In this document: positions 56,717 through 64,000 of the stretch, piece after piece | Layout of the letters: each line of letters starts with the position of its first letter | Numbering within the stretch: position 1 is the first letter of the stretch | DNA from: Octopus vulgaris | Lineage: Eukaryota | NCBI GenBank assembly: GCA_951406725.2 | Contig: OX597831.1 | Location: 82,832,001 to 82,896,000, forward strand | Direction: 5' to 3' | Length of the DNA stretch: 64,000 nt | Translations under genes and position numbers: made by a program | The notes under the pieces: model-generated | What the model was told of the DNA's origin: nothing | The model's input: only the letters and a program-made list of their open reading frames with translations | Database searches by the model: none

Positions 56717-57042
56717 GAGTTAAGGAACAGAGTGGATAAGATCTGGACTACATATGTTTCATAGCAAGCGACACCTCAGAATTGGTAAATATTCAAGCAA
56801 GGTGTATACTGCAGGCTACACTTCAGGCCAAGGATGTCTTTGATATCTTGGCATTCTGACTGAATCTTGCATCTGTTAACATGTACCCCCTTGTGACAAT
56901 GTAAACTTTCATTTAAGCAAGATGTCCTTGGCCTGGAGAGTAGCCTGTGGTATACACCTCACTTGGATATTTACCACTTCTGAGGTTCCACTCGCTATGA
57001 AACATATGTAGCCCGGATCTTATCTACTTCATTCCTTAATTC
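56717..57042. mobile_element. MITE-like fold-back element with ~125-bp inverted arms
   Basis: ttaaggaacagagtggataagatctggactacatatgtttcatagc...caggccaagga versus reverse complement of the right arm ttaaggaatgaagtagataagatccgggctacatatgtttcatagc...caggccaagga. Confidence 0.88.
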
Positions 57043-57256
57043 TTGTATTCTTATTCACACACCCAGCAACTCTGGCCACCTACCATGAAATATAAAAAGA
57101 ACTTTTTTCAGTTTGTTGCACTTCAATACAAAAAAAGTCCTCGACCTTCCATCTCAATAAATCACTATTGTCCCTGAATGTTGTCTTTTATATTTACTAC
57201 CGATTGCTTGAAGCTAACCTTATTCCTACACCTTGATCCCTGGATCCTATAGATAT

Positions 57257-57303
<47 letters not shown>

Positions 57304-57322
57304 CAAACATACATGTGTGCAT

Positions 57323-59100
57323 ATGCAGTTTGGGTTTGTGCCAGGGAAAAGTACCACTGATGCTATATTACTGGTAAGGCAGCTGCAAGAGAAATACCTA
57401 GCCAAAGATAAGCCCCTGTACCTGGCTTTTGTTGACATGGAGAAAGCCTTCAACAGGGTCCCCCGATCACTTATCTGGTGGTCAATGAGGAAACTAGGGA
57501 TGGATGAATGGTTAGTGAGAGCTGTGCGAGCCATGTACAGGGACGCTGCTAGTAAGGTGAGGGTTGGCAACGAGTACAGTGAAGAATTCTGGGTAGGAGG
57601 AATTCAAGACAGGATGCCCCTGGGAGCTCCTCTATGCTGATGACCTTGCTCTAATTGCTGAGTCACTATCAGAACTGGAGGAGAAGTTTCAGGTGTGGAA
57701 ACAAGGATTAGAATCGAAGGGCCTTAGAGTCAATCTAGCTAAAACCGAAGTCGTAATCAGTAGGAAGGTAGACAAATCACAAACACCTTCAGGTAGATGG
57801 CCCTGCTCGATTTGTAGAAAAGGTGTAGGTAGAAACTCTATAAGATGCACCAAGTGTAAGCTATGGACACATAAGAGGTGCAGCAATGTCAAAGGAAGGC
57901 TAACTAGGAAGATGGTTTTTGTATGTGGCAGATGCTCAGGAACAATAAACACTGAAAATGCTCTGAGACCAACTTCTGTCACTTTCCAGGGAGAAAAACT
58001 AGAAATAGTTGATAGCTTCCGTTACCTAGGTGACCAAGTCAGCAGCGGGGGCGGGTGTGCTGATAGTGTAACTGCTAGAGTAAGAATAGCTTGGGCAAAG
58101 TTCAGAGAGCTCTTACCTCTGCTGGTGACAAAAGGCCTCTCGCTAAGAGTAAAAGGCAGACTGTATGACGCATGTGTACGAACAGCAATGCTACATGGCA
58201 GTGAAACATGGGCCGTGACTGCTGAGGATATGCTTAAGCTCGCAAGAAATGAAGCCAGCATGCTCCGATGGATGTGTAATGTCAGTGTGCATACTCGACA
58301 GAGTGTAAGTACCTTGAGAGAAAAGCTGGACCTAAGAAGCATCAGTTGTGGTGTGCAAGAGAGACGTTTGCGCTGGTATGGGCATGTGGTGAGAATGGAT
58401 GAAGATAGTTGTGTGAAAAAGTGCCACACCCCAGCGGTTGAGGGAACCTGTGGAAGAGGCAGACCCAGGAAAACCTGGGACGAGGTGGTGAAGCACGACC
58501 TTCGAACTTTAGGTCTCACTGAGGAAATGACTAGAGACCGAGACATCTGGAAGTATGCTGTGCGCGAGAAGACCCGGCAGGACAAGTGAAACCATAACCC
58601 GTGGCCTTCTACATGGGATGTAGCCAGCCCACGTATGCATACCTTCCCTTCTTGGGACACAAAGCTCTACTTGTGAAGACCTGTTGTGGCAATTGAGGAT
58701 CAGAATCGAAATCGATCAATGGAAATTGCAGCTGAGTTACCAGTACCGGTGGCACGTAAGAGAACCATCCGAATGTGGCCGTTGCCAGCACTGCCCAGAC
58801 TGGCCTCGTGCCGGTGGCACGTAAAAAGCACCATCCGTTCGTGGCCGTTGCCAGCCTCGCCTGGCCCCGTGCCGGTGGCACCATCCAAAAGCACCATCCA
58901 TCCGTGGCCGTTTGCCAGCTCCGTCTGGCACCTGTGCGGGTGGCACTCATGGAGTGGTTGGCGTTAGGAAGGGCATCCAGCCGTAGAAACACTGCCAGAT
59001 CAGACTGGGCCTGGTGCAGCCTTCTAGCTTCCCAGACCCCAGTTGAATCGTCAACCCATGCTAGCATGGAAAGCGGACGCTAAATGATGATGATGATGAT
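57323..59100 (+). mobile_element. Young 5'-truncated RTE-clade LINE (RT C-terminal half, 3' UTR, (GAT)n tail)
   Basis: QFGFVPGKSTTDA, AFVDMEKAF.RVP, LLYADD and FRYLG motifs. Open 298-aa ORF at 57693-58589 ending GRGRPRKTWDEVVKHDL. Tail gatgatgat. Confidence 0.95.
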
Positions 59101-59259
59101 ACATTATGGAGATGTAGTAGTTATAAAGACTATAAGATTGGCATTTATTATTTCTTAATTTAATGTTTTATGTAGGCATTAAATGATGTGTGAATGTGAT
59201 GAGAGGAGGTGGTGGGATAAACTGGTTTCATTATGGCAGAACTACAAAAGCAGGTTGTA

Positions 59260-59720
59260 AATATTCTGAACGCCTTACTTCCCTGGGCATGGACACATTG
59301 AAACTCCAACGTCTGGCAGCTGACTTGGCAGACACCCATAAAATTATTAACCATCTTACTAACAATAACTCTGAGCACCTTTTCAAACTCCACCTGTCTA
59401 ACACCTGTGGACATGTCTGCAAAGTCAGAAAACAGCACAGCTCCCATGACTTTCGGAAACATTTTTTCACGCTAAGAGTTGCTGAAGCATGGAACAAACT
59501 GGCGGAATCAGTTGTTAGTTGTCGGAGCACTGCGTCCTTCAAAACTGCTACGCTTCCTGAGATTCATCAACACTACACCTGATTTTCTCCCCTCCATACA
59601 CATGCAAGCATGTATCTGACTCATGTACTGTTCACTTCCCAGACATTTGTACATTACTGCATATGCTTTATACGCACTTTTGACAAGTTGTGGTGCACCT
59701 GAGCACTGTATACAATAATT

Positions 59721-59776
<56 letters not shown>
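59260..59776 (+). mobile_element. CR1/L2-group LINE 3' end with (ATT)n tail
   Basis: YSERLTSLGMDTLKLQRLAADLADTHKII...GHVCKV...RKHFFTLRVAEAWNKL matches the typical CR1-group ORF2 C-terminus. (ATT)n lies at about 59723-59776. Confidence 0.85.
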
Positions 59777-59778
<2 letters not shown>

Positions 59779-60064
59779 ATATTAGAAGATTAGTCAAAGG
59801 GACAATTCAGGGTGGAGGGAGAATAATGGGGAAATAGGAGATTTCTAGAGATTAATACTAAAGAAACACACACACATTAACTAATATAAAACAGTGCCAT
59901 CTATTGGTGGAAACAAAATAGCAGCAGCTGATAACATCTGTGCTCTTTGGCCTTTGTTGTCTATATGAGATGAATGTTTAGGATGTTCACTGCAGTCTAA
60001 AGCACTATTAACAACACATCCAAGTTCGGTTGGATGTGCTAATCAATATATACATATATATATA

Positions 60065-60378
60065 TCATCATCATTATTTAATGTCTGCTTCCCATGCTGG
60101 CATGGGTTGGACGGTTTGACTGAGAACAGGCAAGCCAGGAGGCTGCACCAGGCTCCAATCTGATTTGGCAAAGTTTCTACAGCTGGATGCCCTTCCTAAT
60201 GCCAACCACTCTGAGTGTGTAGTGGATGCTTTTTATGTGCCACTGGCATGGGAGCCAGTCAGGCAGCACTGGCAATGACCCATGCATGAATGGTGCTTAC
60301 TGTGTGTCACCAGCACGGGAGCCAGTTAGGTGGCACTGGCATCGGCCACAACTACAATTTCTATTTGATTTGATTTTG

Positions 60379-60385
<7 letters not shown>
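60065..60385 (-). mobile_element. RTE 3' UTR/tail copy
   Basis: catcatcattatttaatgtctgcttcccatgctggcatgggttggacggtttgactgag...caactacaatttctatttgatt. Confidence 0.85.
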
Positions 60386-60414
<29 letters not shown>

Positions 60415-60924
60415 CAAAATCAAAATCAAATCAAATGGAAATTTTAAAAATTCATTAAAAATAAATCGATATAAAAGAAGAGCACTCAAAGAGCGCAAAC
60501 CTCCACCCCAAGGCATCACCAAAGTCCTCTCAATGATTAGCCAGAGATGATTTTTAAAATGAGAATATCTGAAATAAACTCGATTGCTCTCACAAGCGAG
60601 AATACTAAAAGTGGATTGTAATAAACTTATAAGAAATGTAACCGTAGAAATTGGATCATCCTTGATAAAGGAGGCGGTGGTATTGAGTGCACCTAAGTTA
60701 ATTTTTGCAGCATTATTCCCCCAGAAATGGCCCTCAGATGTGAACCCCTGGATGTTATACTTCTAAATGGATTTATTTTTATATACCTAAGTTTTAAACA
60801 ACACTACAAGCTTTCTGTCGGAGCTCCACCAGGCATTCTATTCCAATCTCCTTCAGCCCTTTGTCTATATCCTTTCTTAGCAACAATTATCATAGGTATG
60901 ACCTTTACTGTTCACATGCTCCAA

Positions 60925-60937
60925 ATCATCATCATCG

Positions 60938-60979
<42 letters not shown>

Positions 60980-60994
60980 TCATCATCGTCATCA

Positions 60995-61062
<68 letters not shown>
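60925..61062. repeat. (CAT)n followed by (TAT)n microsatellite
   Basis: Direct reading. Confidence 0.95.
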
Positions 61063-61064
<2 letters not shown>

Positions 61065-61280
61065 GGTGGTGAGCTGGCAGAATTATTAGCATGACAGGCA
61101 AAATGCTAAGTGGTATTTCAATTGTCTTTTATGTTCTGAGTTCAAATTCTGTTGATGTCAACTTTGCCTTCCATCCATTTCGGGGTTGATGAAATAAGTA
61201 CCAGTCAAGTACTGGGGTCAATGTAATTGACTTATCCCTTCCCCACCAAATTGCTGGCCTTCTGCCTATTGTAGAAAGGA
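61065..61280 (+). mobile_element. tRNA-derived SINE (family A), near full length
   Basis: ggtggtgagctggcagaattattagc...ttctgagttcaaattctg...ctttgccttccatccatttcggggttgatgaaataagtaccag. Confidence 0.85.
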
Positions 61281-62789
61281 TTCTTTTTATTATTTTTAAT
61301 TTCTAGAAATTAGAAAAAGTCTCAAAAAATAGGTGCCATTGCACGAAACTCTTGGCCCTTGAGCCACTTTGTAACTTTTGCTCTTAAACATAATAAAACG
61401 CATGACCTTATACATTGAGATCTTTATATTTTGTTTGCACTCTCTCTCTCTCTCTCTCGCTGTTTATTTTCTCTTATTCCTTTCTGTTGAAGAGCATAGG
61501 CTCAAAACATCAAAGACTTTTTCAAATTAATACACTTACTTGTTGTTCATACACTTGTCTTCATCTTTTGTTTTCCTATAAATTTCAACAACACACACAC
61601 ACACACACACATAGGGGCCCCCATCCCCTCTTTCACACACTCTTTTCTTTATCTCTCTCTTCCTTCGTCCTATGTTTTCTTACCTTTTACATGTCACATT
61701 GTCCCTCTCCCTACCACTCCATTGCAATCAACCCTCCTTCCTCCTCTTTGCTTCCCTTTCCTTTTCTCACACAGCTTCAGTGCAAGACTTGACCAGAGCT
61801 GCTACTGCTGCTGCTGCTGCTGCTGCTGATTACGCCAGTCCTGGGGTCAGCAACTAAAACTGTCATCTCAGATCATCTCAATGTATTTAAACAACAAGTC
61901 AAATTTTGTGGAAGCTGAAGTAAATTTCAGCAGCGGCCATTTATATAATCTGTTTTATTCTGAGGAGCAATTTACAGCAAATAATTGTTTCCACCATTAA
62001 TGCCTCAGGAAAAAGAGATGGCTTGCCCCTCACAAAAGCACAGTAATTCCATTTCATCTGCAGAGCTTCCAGACTCTTGCAGGAAGAAAGAAGTACTCAA
62101 TATTGCTAAGAAGGTGTCTGGTTCCTGTTCTGACCTCAACAGGAATTCATTTTGCTTGGAAGACAACAAGTGCAGCAAACAGTTTCCAAAACTATTTGTC
62201 AAGAAAAACCAAACATGTGATAATGACCAAACCTCTTACTAAAAGAAGAGAATCAGGAGATTCCAAAGTTTGGTTGGATGGCAGAGGAATAATTCTATAC
62301 TGGACAGTCGAGACCTTTAATGCACAGACATTCATTTTGAAACCTGCAGTCCATTAGCATTCACTAAATATCACCAAAAAGATAAAACATAGCAGGAATG
62401 TTTGTTTTGGAACTACAAAATGGTTTCAATGAAGGAATCCCCTTCCAGCCTGGACAACTCTGCCCCGACAGGGACAATGTCTTCTGCTGCTTTTGGGGGT
62501 TATTTATTTCATCTTCCATCAATTTTGGAAACGGTGAATAAGTTAGGATGGTGTTAGAAGGGGCAACCATCCAAGCAAAAAAACATATGAGTGAGATGTG
62601 GTCCTTTGATCTGTCTAAGAGGGCAATAAACTCTGAATAGCAAGTGATTCAGACCATAGCGACCCACCCAACCTGTGCCAGCAGGGAGGGCAGATGCAAA
62701 ATGATGTAAACTTACACACACACACACACACACTAACATACATATATATATATATATATATATACACATACACACACACACACACACTA

Positions 62790-62828
<39 letters not shown>

Positions 62829-64000
62829 GACACACACACACACTAACATACATATATATATATGCACTCACACACACACGCATATATTCAGCAAAGAAAA
62901 TTGAAAAGAAATATTGGCACAGTGCCACCATGGGCAAAGGTGTCAGGTGTTTAATGAAATGCATAGTTGCAGAGTAAGTAAAGTGGCAGAGCCATAATGA
63001 TTTTGCAAGGCGGAGGAAGTGGGGGGGGGGGGTGGGGGTGAGGGAATGTTCTCCTGATCTTATGATAGGACAACTGCCAATAGGCAATTGATCACAACAA
63101 CAACAACATTGAAATACTGAAAGATACGACAATGTTTTATCATGAAAGGCATTCAGTTTGGATGTTGTGATGTAGGACATACTAGTTTGCTTCTATAAGT
63201 AGGTAGTAGTAGTAGTAGTAGTAGGAGTGGTGGTGGTGGTGGTGGTGGTGGTGGTGGTGGGGATGAAGGCAATAACCACATCAATGCTGCTCATAATGAT
63301 GATGATGATGATGTAGAATTATAAAAACTATGATAAGAATGTTAAATGTTAATGTGTAAAATAATCATCATTATCATAACCACCATCACTTTGGCAATAG
63401 TGATGACGATGATGACGATGATGATTGTGATGGTAAGGATATCAAAGCCACGGATGATAAAAATAACATCAATCTTTTTTATGTATATCATAAAATATAA
63501 AACGGTCATTTGAATAAAGTTGTTGTTGTTGGGAAGTGTGAGAGACCGATATTGTTTGTACGTAATAAGAATGCCAATAAAGACTGGACAAATATTTATT
63601 TTCAATTGGAAAGTCACAAAAGAAGAGTTCTGATTGTCATTAATGGAAATATTGGTGACAGAAATGAAACGTTTGCTTGTTTTAAACCCAAACTCAATGT
63701 CAACAGAAAATTAATTTGGAGACAGAAGATAAAAACGAACTCAAATTACACATTTGACACCAAAACAATATTTTAACTCATTTTTAAGTGTTTGATAACG
63801 AAATATTTGGAGGGGGGGGTTCATGTTTGTGGACATGTTTATTGTGTATAAAATGATGCAATTTTATTTCATTTTCTCTTCAATAACTTATTGTTTCCAA
63901 ATCTCAACAGAGAAATAATATTCGGGAAATAAAGACTAAAAACTGCAATTTTGAAGCAAATGTTTACACAAATAGATGCACAAGTTGCATATGTTTGTGC

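Noticed and set aside
58022-58660. 212-aa minus-strand ORF
   Set aside because: Antisense shadow of the RTE ORF.
61985-62570. Short ORFs in complex sequence (also 5621-6117, 19511-19814, 54326-54691)
   Set aside because: No recognisable motifs or splice-supported exon. These are probably old TE debris that I cannot classify by eye.

Overview
This is AT-rich, microsatellite- and TE-dense eukaryotic DNA. The SINE, RTE and microsatellite landscape looks like a coleoid cephalopod, probably Octopus (inference from recalled repeat families; no search was run). The only host coding sequence I can support is one 122-bp minus-strand exon (20164-20285) encoding the first L27 domain of CASK/LIN-2, so most or all of the window is probably CASK intron. 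The rest comprises RTE LINE copies (with a PHD-like zinc finger inside the RT), R4/Dong and CR1-type LINE 3' ends, three mariner elements with both TIRs plus remnants, at least three tRNA-derived SINE families, a 25-bp minisatellite and very long (TA)n arrays. The most interesting signal is a set of small non-coding elements in or beside (TA)n tracts, some bounded by inverted repeats, that carry type I hammerhead-ribozyme motifs. One has an intact core (50981-51047, the same strand as CASK), two have variant cores (31000-31043, 32290-32420) and two are decayed relics (37253-37293, 55264-55297). This resembles non-autonomous Penelope-like or retrozyme-like elements. Nearly all long ORFs in the ORF track are repeat artefacts. 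Repeat boundaries were read by eye and are approximate unless termini are quoted.
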